DNA of 32,493 bases from an uncultured Thiotrichaceae bacterium (GTDB lineage Bacteria > Pseudomonadota > Gammaproteobacteria > SZUA-229): contig CAYRNH010000003.1 in NCBI GenBank assembly GCA_964425515.1, forward strand, positions 1 to 32,493, in the 5' to 3' direction. The notes under the pieces were generated by a model. It worked only from the letters and a program-made list of their open reading frames with translations, was not told the DNA's origin and ran no database searches. Below are positions 1 to 9,719 of this stretch, piece after piece. A program made the position numbers and the translations under genes. How positions within the stretch are numbered: position 1 is the stretch's first letter; the number at the start of each line of letters is the position of its first letter.

Positions 1-317
1 GAAATAAGAAATGATACGGACATGCCGCGAATGGTAATTTTTTCCTGGGTATGGTACTGGATGACTACCGGGCAGTGATGCAGCTTGTGCAGTTTTCGTG
101 CGTAAAACAACAGCGCCTTGTCTTTCTCGTTTCTTTTCGGGAAAAAAAACTTGGCTGTGCGAACAATGTCGGTGTGGATCTCACGGACACGGTAAACCTC
201 GCCCTCCCAACCAGCGCCTAACAGATCTATGACTTCGTATTTGCCAACCAGAATGCGGCCACTGTGAAACTGAAAAGACTTAATTTCTGGTGGTTTAATT
301 TTCTTTTTATTTGCCAT
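1..317 (-). CDS. Hanks-type Ser/Thr protein kinase, N-terminal part (truncated by window edge; not in ORF track)
   Basis: Manual translation from ATG at 317 is open to the window edge: MANKKKIKPPEIKSFQFHSGRILVGKYEVIDLLGAGWEGEVYRVREIHTDIVRTAKFFFPKRN... It contains the kinase N-lobe pattern Y-x-V-x-x-x-LG-x-G-x-x-G-x-VY and a beta3 Lys (TAK). Confidence 0.85.
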   Translation of the reverse strand, partial: MANKKKIKPPEIKSFQFHSGRILVGKYEVIDLLGAGWEGEVYRVREIHTDIVRTAKFFFPKRNEKDKALLFYARKLHKLHHCPVVIQYHTQEKITIRGMSVSFLI

Positions 318-549
318 GGCGGATCACGTGTGTATAAGGCTAGTATGGCCTATGTTTACCGTGAATTGGATGATTTTGAAAGGGATTTTTAATCTGAAGC
401 GCCTGATTATGAAGATTTTTCCTCCTTGGCAACAAAACCCCGGAACAAGTCGACGCTTTTGTGCTACATCTGCTATTCTTCGCAGCACACCTGCAGGTAT
501 GATCACAGGTGACACAATGTTGTTTACCGAATAACGGAGGACAGGAACA

Positions 550-954
550 ATGAGTCAATTCAAGTATGGTTTGAGTGCTGTAGTGCTGAGTCTGATACTG
601 GTGCCCGCGGCGGGTTATGCAAATTCATGGAGCTGCAAGCATGGAAATATGCTGCGTGAAGTTAAGATCGAATATGCAGGAGAAAGCCCGGTACCATGCA
701 AAGTCGTGTATAACAAGCCCGACGAGGATAAGAGCAGCAAGGTGTTATGGAACGCTGAAAGCGAACAGGGTTACTGCGAAGCAAAGGCGAAGGCGTTTGT
801 TGCCAAGCTTGAGTCCTGGGGCTGGGCCTGTACCAGTGATGCTGCTGCCAGCGCGCCTGCCGAACCAGCCACTGCAGCTGATCAAACACCCGAAAAAACC
901 ACGCAGCCAGTAGACGTGAAGCCCGAGACAGCTCCGGCGATGCCTGCGAAGTAA
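550..954 (+). CDS. Secreted hypothetical protein with 4 Cys and an Ala/Pro/Thr-rich tail
   Basis: GGAGG RBS upstream. Sec signal peptide ending GYA-N, four Cys in a ~70-aa core, low-complexity C-terminus, terminator immediately downstream. Confidence 0.8.
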   Translation: MSQFKYGLSAVVLSLILVPAAGYANSWSCKHGNMLREVKIEYAGESPVPCKVVYNKPDEDKSSKVLWNAESEQGYCEAKAKAFVAKLESWGWACTSDAAASAPAEPATAADQTPEKTTQPVDVKPETAPAMPAK

Positions 955-968
955 CAGATATAGCATGC

Positions 969-1004
969 AACAAAAAAAGGCCGGGTCACCGGCCTTTTTT
1001 TGTT
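969..1004 (+). terminator. Rho-independent terminator (potentially bidirectional)
   Basis: aacaaaaaaaGGCCGG-gtca-CCGGCCtttttttgtt, 15 nt after the stop of 550..954. Confidence 0.9.
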
Positions 1005-1028
1005 ATAGACAGACTTTGGAGTATAGCG

Positions 1029-1373
1029 ATGACCCTGAACGAACTACTTGCAATTATTGATACACAAGCCGACAAGCTCGATTTTTCTGAGGTAATAGAA
1101 GTCATCGATACGAATTACGATTTCACCCCGGCCAGTTTTCGAAATGGAGATCTGCTCAATCAGGCAGGTGAGAACTCTGGCTCGTGCAAAATATTTGCTT
1201 TTGCCCAGCTTCATGGCTTCACGCAATTGCAAACATTGCAATGTTTCGGTGACTATTATCGCGTTGATGTGTTGCAGCACCCGGAGGGTGACAACCACTC
1301 AAATATTCGTCAGTTTATAAAAACGGGATGGGCTGGCATCCATTTCGATAACCTACCGCTGTCACACAAATAA
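1029..1373 (+). CDS. HopJ type III effector-like family protein (conserved hypothetical)
   Basis: Family motifs YDFTPASFRNG, N-x-AGEN-x-GSCKIFAFA, CFGDYYR-x-DVL-x-HP-x-G-x-x-H-x-NIR-x-F-x-x-x-GW. GGAG RBS. Confidence 0.85.
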   Translation: MTLNELLAIIDTQADKLDFSEVIEVIDTNYDFTPASFRNGDLLNQAGENSGSCKIFAFAQLHGFTQLQTLQCFGDYYRVDVLQHPEGDNHSNIRQFIKTGWAGIHFDNLPLSHK

Positions 1374-1413
1374 ATCCCGACTTAAGCATGCTGTCTTTAT
1401 CTATGGCAGCCAT

Positions 1414-1434
1414 GCCTGACATCCGATGTCAGGC
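1414..1434. terminator. Palindrome between convergent genes, possible terminator hairpin
   Basis: GCCTGACATC-c-GATGTCAGGC overlaps the Hsp20 stop codon. Only a weak U-tract follows (tgctttt on +). Confidence 0.35.
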
Positions 1435-2139
1435 TGCTTTTGTAATGGTGATTTTGAGTGTGTTGTTATCGAATTCGGTATGCATGCTGCCGGGCTTGAC
1501 GTCACCGGGCAGTGATATGCTACGTGAGAAAGAACCCGATTGCTGACTCTGGAAAATGGTGTTGCCATTTTTGTCAGTCCTGCTTTCCTCATGTTTTTGC
1601 TGGCCTGATACTGTCAGCACATTATCGTTCAGTGATACTGATATATCGTTTTTATTGGCGCCGGGCAGGTTGACCAGTACCTGATACTGCTTGCCCTTAT
1701 CCTGTATTTTTATATCCGGGGATGACAGGCTGGTGCTGTCAAAAAAGTTCTGGAAACCCTGGTGATGATTAAAGCTGCCCATAGCCTGGTTAATCATATT
1801 GTCCATTTGCTGGCGCATTTGTGCGAACTGTTTGGCAGGATTCCAGTTGCCCGTGGCAAAATTTTGCCCAAAGATATTGCTATTAAATGGCGATGCATTG
1901 TTTTGCGAGCCAGAAGCCGAATTTGAAGACTGATTGTGCTGCTGCGTAATCGCGGGCAGTGGATTGATATTAGTACTCGCCACTGTATTTGAGACTGGGT
2001 CGGTTGCGGCGTGCATTGTATCCAGCTGTTGCTTCATGTTGAACATAAACCAGGTCTGGACACCGACTGCGATAAACAGTGCAATCACTAGTGCAGGAAT
2101 AATGATGTTTCTTTTTTTGTGTGGAATATTTTCTGTCAT
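1429..2139 (-). CDS. Hsp20/alpha-crystallin family protein with N-terminal membrane anchor (236 aa)
   Basis: C-terminal alpha-crystallin domain (PDIKIQD...VNLPG...ISVSLNDNVLTVSG...GSFSRSISLPGDV...TLKITITK). Start reassigned from 2289 to ATG 2139, which has an AGAGGG RBS and is followed by KKR plus a hydrophobic helix. Confidence 0.88.
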   Translation of the reverse strand: MTENIPHKKRNIIIPALVIALFIAVGVQTWFMFNMKQQLDTMHAATDPVSNTVASTNINPLPAITQQHNQSSNSASGSQNNASPFNSNIFGQNFATGNWNPAKQFAQMRQQMDNMINQAMGSFNHHQGFQNFFDSTSLSSPDIKIQDKGKQYQVLVNLPGANKNDISVSLNDNVLTVSGQQKHEESRTDKNGNTIFQSQQSGSFSRSISLPGDVKPGSMHTEFDNNTLKITITKAA

Positions 2140-2218
2140 GATATTACCCTCTGGGCGTAAAGCCCGAGTTTCATAGTTGAAAGTGCCACCGGTGCGCCGT
2201 GTATTCAGACGACGTAAA

Positions 2219-2246
2219 TATGATTTTTCTGATTTTGAAAAGTTCC
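2219..2246 (-). promoter_or_regulatory. Candidate sigma-E (RpoE/AlgU) promoter for the Hsp20 gene
   Basis: Minus strand reads GGAACTT (2246-2240), 16 nt, TCATA (2223-2219). The RpoE consensus is GGAACTT-N16-TCAAA. Confidence 0.7.
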
Positions 2247-2290
2247 GAAAGCGTAGAGTGTGACTGACGGATTGATAATTCTTGTGCAAT

Positions 2291-2319
2291 AAAAAAGGCC
2301 GGTTACCCGGCCTTTTTTT
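2291..2319 (-). terminator. Rho-independent terminator of fusA
   Basis: Minus strand aaaaaaaGGCCGG-gtaa-CCGGCCtttttt, 19 nt after the fusA stop. Confidence 0.9.
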
Positions 2320-2337
2320 GTGCTTCGAAAAAAGGTG

Positions 2338-4431
2338 TTACTTTTTCGCAGCAGCAGCTTCGCGTTCCTTGGCTTCCTTGATAACCTGCTCGGACACATT
2401 GCGTGGGCAGGGCAGGTAGTGCAGGAATTCCATCGAGAACTGGCCGCGACCCGAAGTCATGGTGCGCAGATCACCAATGTAACCGAACATTTCGCTCAGC
2501 GGGCATTCGGCCTTGATGCGCACGCCAGTGGAGCTCGGCTCCTGTGACTTGATCATGCCGCGACGACGATTGAGGTCGCCGATAACGTCACCGACGTTAT
2601 CTTCAGGAGTGAACACGTCGACCTTCATGATCGGTTCCATCAGCTGCGGGCCTGCCTTCGGCATGGTCTGACGATAACCGGCACGCGCTGCCAGCTCGTA
2701 AGCGATCGCAGATGAATCCACCGGGTGGAAGCTACCATCGACCAGGGTGACCTTGAAGTCGAGGCAGGGATAGCCCGCGAGCACGCCGCGGTCCATGCTG
2801 ATCGCAAAGCCTTTTTGTACTGCAGGCCAGAATTCGCGAGGGACGTTACCACCGGTCACTGCGGATTCGAATACATAGCCGCTGCCAGGTTCGCCGGGCT
2901 CGACAACATAATCAATTTTCGCGAACTGACCTGAACCACCGGTCTGCTTCTTGTGGGTGTAGCTGTCTTCGACGCGCTGGGTGATGGTTTCGCGGTAGGC
3001 CACCTGAGGTTTGCCGACCGTGACATCAACACCGTGAGTACGACGCAGAATGTCGATCTTGATGTCGAGATGCAGTTCGCCCATACCCTTAAGAATGGTT
3101 TCGCCAGAATCTTCATCGGTTTCCACGCGGAACGATGGATCTTCCTGGATCATCTTGCCGATCGCGATCCCCATTTTTTCTGAAGCGCCCTTGTCTTTTG
3201 GTGCCACGGCGATCGAGATGACTGGATCAGGGAATACCATTGGTTCGAGTGTTGCCGGGAATTTGGGATCACACAGGGTGTGGCCGGTCTGAATGTTCTT
3301 CATACCGATCACCGCAACGATGTCACCGGCCTGGGCGCTGCTCAGTTCTACGCGCTCGTCGGCGTGCATTTCCACGATACGACCGATACGCTCGGTTTTA
3401 CCAGTGAATGTATTGAGCACGCTGGTGCCTTTTTCCAGTTTACCGGAGTAAATGCGAATGAAAGTCAGGGCGCCATAACGGTCATCCATGATCTTGAATG
3501 CCAGCGCGCGCAGGGGTTTGCTTGCATCCACTTCCGCGAACTTGCCGGTTTCGTTACCTTCAAGATCCACTTCGGGCTGTGGTGGGACTTCGGTCGGGCT
3601 TGGCAGATAATCTACCACCGCATTCAGTACCAGCTGCACGCCTTTGTTCTTGAACGCCGAGCCACAATAAGTCGGGAAGAAATCGAGCGCGATCGTGCCC
3701 TTGCGGATACAGCGCTGCAAATCTTCGATAGAAGGCTCATTGCCTTCCAGATACTCGCCCATGAGATCGTCGTCCTGCTCGACCGCAGTTTCGACCAGTT
3801 TTTCACGCCATTCTTCAACCAGATCGGCCATGTCGGCCGGTGGTTCCTGGATGGTGTAATTTAGTGGGTCACCAGAATCGTCCCACACCCAGGCTTTACG
3901 CGTGAGCAGGTCGACAACACCAGAGAATTTGTCTTCTTCACCGATCGGCAGCACCATGACCAGAGGCACAGCGCCCAGCACGTTTTTGATCTGTTCGACC
4001 ACTCTATAGAAATCGGCACCCAGTCGGTCGAGCTTGTTGACGAAAATAACGCGCGCGACTTCAGAATCGTTGGCATAGCGCCAGTTGGTTTCGGACTGAG
4101 GCTCAACACCGCCAGAGCCACAGAACACGCCGACGCCGCCGTCGAGAACTTTCAGCGAACGATACACTTCGATGGTGAAATCCACGTGCCCGGGAGTGTC
4201 GATGATGTTGAAGCGGTGGTCATTCCAGTAGCATGAGGTCGCTGCTGACTGAATAGTAATGCCGCGCTCGCGCTCCTGATCCATAAAGTCGGTGGTGGCT
4301 TCGCCTTCGTGAACCTCGCCCAGCTTATGGATTTTTCCGGTCAGCTTGAGAATACGTTCTGTCGTCGTGGTTTTACCAGCATCCACGTGAGCGAAAATAC
4401 CTATGTTGCGATATTTGGCTAAGTCAGTCAT
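2338..4431 (-). CDS. fusA: Elongation factor G (stand-alone paralogue, not in the str operon)
   Basis: 697 aa. [60 protein letters not shown] motifs. No rpsL/rpsG/tuf adjacent. Confidence 0.97.
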   Translation of the reverse strand: MTDLAKYRNIGIFAHVDAGKTTTTERILKLTGKIHKLGEVHEGEATTDFMDQERERGITIQSAATSCYWNDHRFNIIDTPGHVDFTIEVYRSLKVLDGGVGVFCGSGGVEPQSETNWRYANDSEVARVIFVNKLDRLGADFYRVVEQIKNVLGAVPLVMVLPIGEEDKFSGVVDLLTRKAWVWDDSGDPLNYTIQEPPADMADLVEEWREKLVETAVEQDDDLMGEYLEGNEPSIEDLQRCIRKGTIALDFFPTYCGSAFKNKGVQLVLNAVVDYLPSPTEVPPQPEVDLEGNETGKFAEVDASKPLRALAFKIMDDRYGALTFIRIYSGKLEKGTSVLNTFTGKTERIGRIVEMHADERVELSSAQAGDIVAVIGMKNIQTGHTLCDPKFPATLEPMVFPDPVISIAVAPKDKGASEKMGIAIGKMIQEDPSFRVETDEDSGETILKGMGELHLDIKIDILRRTHGVDVTVGKPQVAYRETITQRVEDSYTHKKQTGGSGQFAKIDYVVEPGEPGSGYVFESAVTGGNVPREFWPAVQKGFAISMDRGVLAGYPCLDFKVTLVDGSFHPVDSSAIAYELAARAGYRQTMPKAGPQLMEPIMKVDVFTPEDNVGDVIGDLNRRRGMIKSQEPSSTGVRIKAECPLSEMFGYIGDLRTMTSGRGQFSMEFLHYLPCPRNVSEQVIKEAKEREAAAAKK

Positions 4432-4688
4432 GTTTCAATACTCTAAAAAATGTAATGTTCGTTAGCGGTCTGGTGACCGCTCGGTGTCTGGCTGCCATCA
4501 TCGCCAATGCCTAAGACATTGAAAATGTGAACAAAACCCTCTGCACAAGCTTTCGCGTGCCTGCTAATGCTGTATGGGATTGTATTGAGGCTGCCCGTTT
4601 GTTCGCGTCCCTGAAACTCGTGCTGGTCTGGTACAGATATATCTAATTCAGGCCTGGGTTGATCTAGCAATTGAACCCGCGAGTTAGC

Positions 4689-4702
4689 GCGGGCGAATTA
4701 TA
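4689..4702 (-). promoter_or_regulatory. Candidate sigma70 -10 box with GC-rich discriminator upstream of fusA
   Basis: Perfect TATAAT (4702-4697) followed by TCGCCCGC on the minus strand. No convincing -35. Confidence 0.4.
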
Positions 4703-4864
4703 AACCAGATTTGTTCTGAATACGCGATAGATGGGGCGATATCGCGCAAAAACAACCCGTCAGCGGCGATTTGGCCGGTTTTTAAGCAAATGCAGGCCTT
4801 TATATTAATGGGTGGCAGGTATATTCTTGCTGACCCTCTTTTTGCCAGACACCGAGATACCTCC

Positions 4865-5266
4865 ATGAATCAGGACCACCCTGCTAACGAAGTGAATTCC
4901 GAAACCAGCGAAATCTGGCAAAAACACGAGACCGCGCCCGACACCCCGGCAGGCTTCACCGTGCGCACCACCGTACCCGGCAACCCCTATGGGGTGGATG
5001 TTATGCTGGAGCGCTGGCAGGCCGGTAGCGAGGAACCGCCGCACTCGCATCCCGGCGATGATATGACCGTGGTAGTCGAAGGCAAAATGGCGATCCAGTA
5101 TTTCAGCCGCGGCGCCGATGGTCTGGTGCCAGAAGGTGAGCCGGTGATCCTGAGCAGCGGTGATACTGGCTACATCAAGGCAGGGCGCATCCACGACGCC
5201 AAATACCTCGAAGACTGCAAGCTGGTCTATGTGCATGACCGGGAGTTTGGTTTTACTGCTGAGTAA
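4865..5266 (+). CDS. Cupin domain protein
   Basis: Cupin motifs EPPHSHPGDDMTVVVEG and GDTGYIKAGRIH. The second Met (4865) is preferred as start; 4790 is possible. Confidence 0.85.
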   Translation: MNQDHPANEVNSETSEIWQKHETAPDTPAGFTVRTTVPGNPYGVDVMLERWQAGSEEPPHSHPGDDMTVVVEGKMAIQYFSRGADGLVPEGEPVILSSGDTGYIKAGRIHDAKYLEDCKLVYVHDREFGFTAE

Positions 5267-5288
5267 AAGCTTTAAAGCTTAAAAGCTT
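5265..5288. repeat. Three tandem 8-bp units (a/t)AAAGCTT
   Basis: aaaagctt-taaagctt-aaaagctt, overlapping the cupin stop codon. Confidence 0.7.
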
Positions 5289-5290
5289 GC

Positions 5291-5424
5291 ACCACAGAGG
5301 CACAGAGAACACGGAGAAAGATTCTGGTTAAAAGCCAAATTGCCTTAGCTTTGAGGTGGCATATGGATCAGTGGGTTTACAAAAATAAATATTTTTTACT
5401 CCGTGTTCTCCGTGTCTCTGTGGT
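5291..5424. repeat. 26-bp inverted repeat pair (REP/MITE-like element)
   Basis: ACCACAGAGGCACAGAGAACACGGAG (5291-5316) against the reverse complement of 5399-5424, ACCACAGAGACACGGAGAACACGGAG: 24/26 identical, 82-bp spacer. Confidence 0.8.
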
Positions 5425-5498
5425 TCAGCTTCTAGCTTTTCGTTTTTTAACAAAAATTATTTGGTTTTCTTTGCGTCTCTGCGGTTCAGCTTGTGATT

Positions 5499-7415
<1,917 letters not shown>

Positions 7416-7423
7416 GGGTGGGA

Positions 7424-7452
7424 ATTGTAACGCGCAACCGACTACGTGGCAC
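7424..7452 (-). promoter_or_regulatory. Candidate sigma70 promoter giving a leaderless or near-leaderless yheS mRNA
   Basis: Minus strand GTGCCA (7452-7447), 17 nt, TACAAT (7429-7424), then tcccaccc-ATG. No Shine-Dalgarno. Confidence 0.55.
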
Positions 7453-7609
7453 GACTAATCGCAACAGAAAATAACACCAGCGAATACCGATATCGGTATG
7501 TTGATTACACAATAATAAATATTCATAAGTTTGTAAACTATTTTGTAGACAAACGACGTTTAATTGTGTATCAATACAGGTGTCGAAACTCGGTACATGA
7601 GGTGTATAC

Positions 7610-8386
7610 ATGTCGAGAAAGAACGCTCGAAAAAAAGAACGGCATAATAGAAACTATACTTATGACAGCTCACCCGGTGACGCTGTCGTCATCAACCTCC
7701 AGTCCACCGCTCCACACCTAGTAAGTCAGTACCACCCTCCCGCTCCCCGCAAAAAAATCCAGGCCAAAAACAGATCGCAAGGACAGTTTATGGCTGCTAT
7801 TAAGACGAACACAATTACATTTGGTCTAGGCCCGGCAGGTACGGGTAAAAGCTATTGCACCGCTGCAATGGCAGCAGAAGCCTTAATGGCCGATGAAATA
7901 GATCGTATTGTGTTTACCCGACCCGCCGTTGAGGTCGGTAATAGCCTGGGTTTTCTGCCAGGAAGGCTAGATGAAAAATTCGATCCTTACTTTAGTGCTT
8001 TTAAATCGTGCCTGATAGGCAACGCAGGCAAAGGCGTGATTGACTGTGCATTAAAGAACGGTAACATCGTAGTTGAACCGTTAGCGTATATGCGCGGTAA
8101 AACCTTTGATCGTTGTTTTGTCGTGCTGGACGAAGCACAAAACTGCTCGCCGGAAGAAATGAAGATGTTTCTGACGCGTATTGGACAAAATGCAAGAGTC
8201 GTTATCAATGGCGATATGACCCAGTCCGATATTTCAGCGTATTCGGGTTTGCACGATGCGATCAATCGTGTGCACGATGTTCCCGGTGTCTATGTGCACG
8301 AGTTTACCTGCGATGATATTGTGCGCAGTGATATTGTCAAAGACATTATCATGAAATATCAGCAGCGGCGTATTGCTGGCGGATAG
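7610..8386 (+). CDS. phoH: PhoH family ATPase (short stand-alone form)
   Basis: GPAGTGKS Walker A, RPAVE, LGFLPG, YMRGKTF, LDEAQN, GDMTQSD. GAGGT RBS. Confidence 0.93.
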   Translation: MSRKNARKKERHNRNYTYDSSPGDAVVINLQSTAPHLVSQYHPPAPRKKIQAKNRSQGQFMAAIKTNTITFGLGPAGTGKSYCTAAMAAEALMADEIDRIVFTRPAVEVGNSLGFLPGRLDEKFDPYFSAFKSCLIGNAGKGVIDCALKNGNIVVEPLAYMRGKTFDRCFVVLDEAQNCSPEEMKMFLTRIGQNARVVINGDMTQSDISAYSGLHDAINRVHDVPGVYVHEFTCDDIVRSDIVKDIIMKYQQRRIAGG

Positions 8387-8417
8387 CAGCTGAAATAATA
8401 ATACTAAACTTCTTTGT

Positions 8418-8445
8418 GCATCAGGTCTGTTCGCAGACCTGATGC
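8418..8445. terminator. Perfect 12-bp hairpin between convergent phoH and dgkA (terminator or stabiliser)
   Basis: GCATCAGGTCTG-ttcg-CAGACCTGATGC. No immediately adjacent U-tract. Confidence 0.55.
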
Positions 8446-8464
8446 CGGGAGTGTTTTCGCTTTT

Positions 8465-8824
8465 TTACAGCAACACTGCAAACCAGATTAGCGCAGCGAG
8501 TATTATCGAAAACAGTACAGCGGCTGAACCCATATCTTTGGCTGCGCCTGAAAGTACGTGTTGTTCATCACCGATGCGATCAACCACAGCTTCAATCGCT
8601 GAATTTAATAACTCCACGATCAGAACCAGTAACAGGCTGGCAAGCAACAGGAGCTGGTCACTCAAATTGTGAGCGAAATAAAAAGTGGCGGGAACGAGCA
8701 GAATGCAGCACCAGGCTTCCTGACGAAACGCGGCTTCATTGCAGTAAGCATGTTTGATTCCTTTCCACGAATAGCGTGCGGCATTGATGATTCGCGTCAG
8801 GCCTGTGGCGCCGGTTTTACCCAT
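8465..8824 (-). CDS. dgkA: Prokaryotic diacylglycerol kinase
   Basis: 119 aa. TGLTRIINAARYSWKG, EAAFRQE, VELLNSAIEAVVDRIG, SGAAKDMGSAAV. GAGG RBS. Confidence 0.97.
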   Translation of the reverse strand: MGKTGATGLTRIINAARYSWKGIKHAYCNEAAFRQEAWCCILLVPATFYFAHNLSDQLLLLASLLLVLIVELLNSAIEAVVDRIGDEQHVLSGAAKDMGSAAVLFSIILAALIWFAVLL

Positions 8825-9096
8825 GGTCGTTTCCTCTGTCGCATCTGGTGGTCTGTGATTGGTGGATGGTCGCTAAAATAAAATTCAGGCTGCGAGTTTA
8901 TCATCCCTTTTGTACAGTTTTTCACCACCTTGTTCATTACTCTAGCTGTGGGTTGGTTAATTAGTGAGCAAACTAATTGAGTATGGAGTAGAGCCAGGCG
9001 CATCAGCAGGGGGCAACTGACATACGGCGCAGCAAGGCCGACGACATGAGCTATATATGCACGAGCGAATTAAGTTTTTGGTCGAATATGGTTTTT

Positions 9097-9126
9097 TTGT
9101 CACAATACCCGTCACGATGGTATGTT
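9097..9126 (+). promoter_or_regulatory. Candidate sigma70 promoter of the nine-gene operon
   Basis: TTGTCA (9097-9102), 18 nt, TATGTT (9121-9126), with a TG-n extended -10. AAGGAAAGGG RBS before ATG 9172. Confidence 0.45.
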
Positions 9127-9171
9127 AACTTGTTGATTGTCCGTGCCATTCATATCAAAAGGAAAGGGTAA

Positions 9172-9717
9172 ATGTATAAATATATCGGGCTTTTTCAGAT
9201 CAGGTTATTGCTTTTTGTATTCCTGAGTTCGTGGGCTTTTAGTGCGGTGGCGGCTGAGGAAGTGAGCCGTGACCAGATAAAGGGCCTTGATGAGCAGGTT
9301 CAGGATATCAAAAAAAATGTTCTCGATCTGACTTCCGAGCTATCACGGCTGGAAGAAAAATTACTGTTCCCTTCCAATAGTCAGGTTTCATTGTTTGTCT
9401 CAATCGAAAAAGATGATCATTTTCGACTTGATTCTATCCAGCTCAAACTTGATGAAAAAATTGTTGCTGAGCATCTTTACACCTTTCGCGAACTCGAAGC
9501 GTTACAGAAAGGTGGTGTACAACGTCTATATACCGGCAATATAAAAACCGGTGATCATAAGCTGGTAGTGAGTTTTATCGGCAAGGCACCCGCAGGTGGT
9601 GAATATAAACGTAGCGCAAGTTACACAGTGGTAAAAGATGTCGGCCCAAAATTTGTTGAAATAAAAATCTCAGGTTCCGATGCCGCTGAACAGGATGCGA
9701 AATTCAGGGACTGGTAA
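9172..9717 (+). CDS. Secreted hypothetical protein (signal peptide, coiled coil, beta-rich domain); first gene of Agl-Glt-like operon
   Basis: Signal peptide ending AVA-A, heptad segment (LDEQVQDIKKNVLDLTSELSRLEEKLL), then beta-strand patterns. Stop is 2 nt before the next gene. Confidence 0.85.
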   Translation: MYKYIGLFQIRLLLFVFLSSWAFSAVAAEEVSRDQIKGLDEQVQDIKKNVLDLTSELSRLEEKLLFPSNSQVSLFVSIEKDDHFRLDSIQLKLDEKIVAEHLYTFRELEALQKGGVQRLYTGNIKTGDHKLVVSFIGKAPAGGEYKRSASYTVVKDVGPKFVEIKISGSDAAEQDAKFRDW

Positions 9718-9719
9718 GC

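Noticed and set aside
316-558. Short ORFs 316..534, 324..515 and 340..558
   Set aside because: They lie in the divergent promoter region between the kinase and the secreted protein; no protein-like features.
1029-1373. Type III effector/virulence interpretation of the HopJ-like gene
   Set aside because: The family is widespread in non-pathogens and no T3SS genes are in the window.
2140-2289. 50-aa N-terminal extension of Hsp20 given by the ORF track
   Set aside because: It begins right at the fusA terminator and spans the sigma-E-like promoter. ATG 2139 has an RBS and a proper anchor.
5265-5492. CRISPR array
   Set aside because: The repeats are inverted or very short, with no regular repeat-spacer pattern and no cas genes.
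7447-7463. Sigma-54 promoter (TGGCACG...)
   Set aside because: The GC dinucleotide is one base off the required spacing and TTGC is absent.
9097-9115. Pho box from the GTCAC direct repeat upstream of the motor operon
   Set aside because: The repeats are 12 bp apart rather than 11; better explained as a -35 element.
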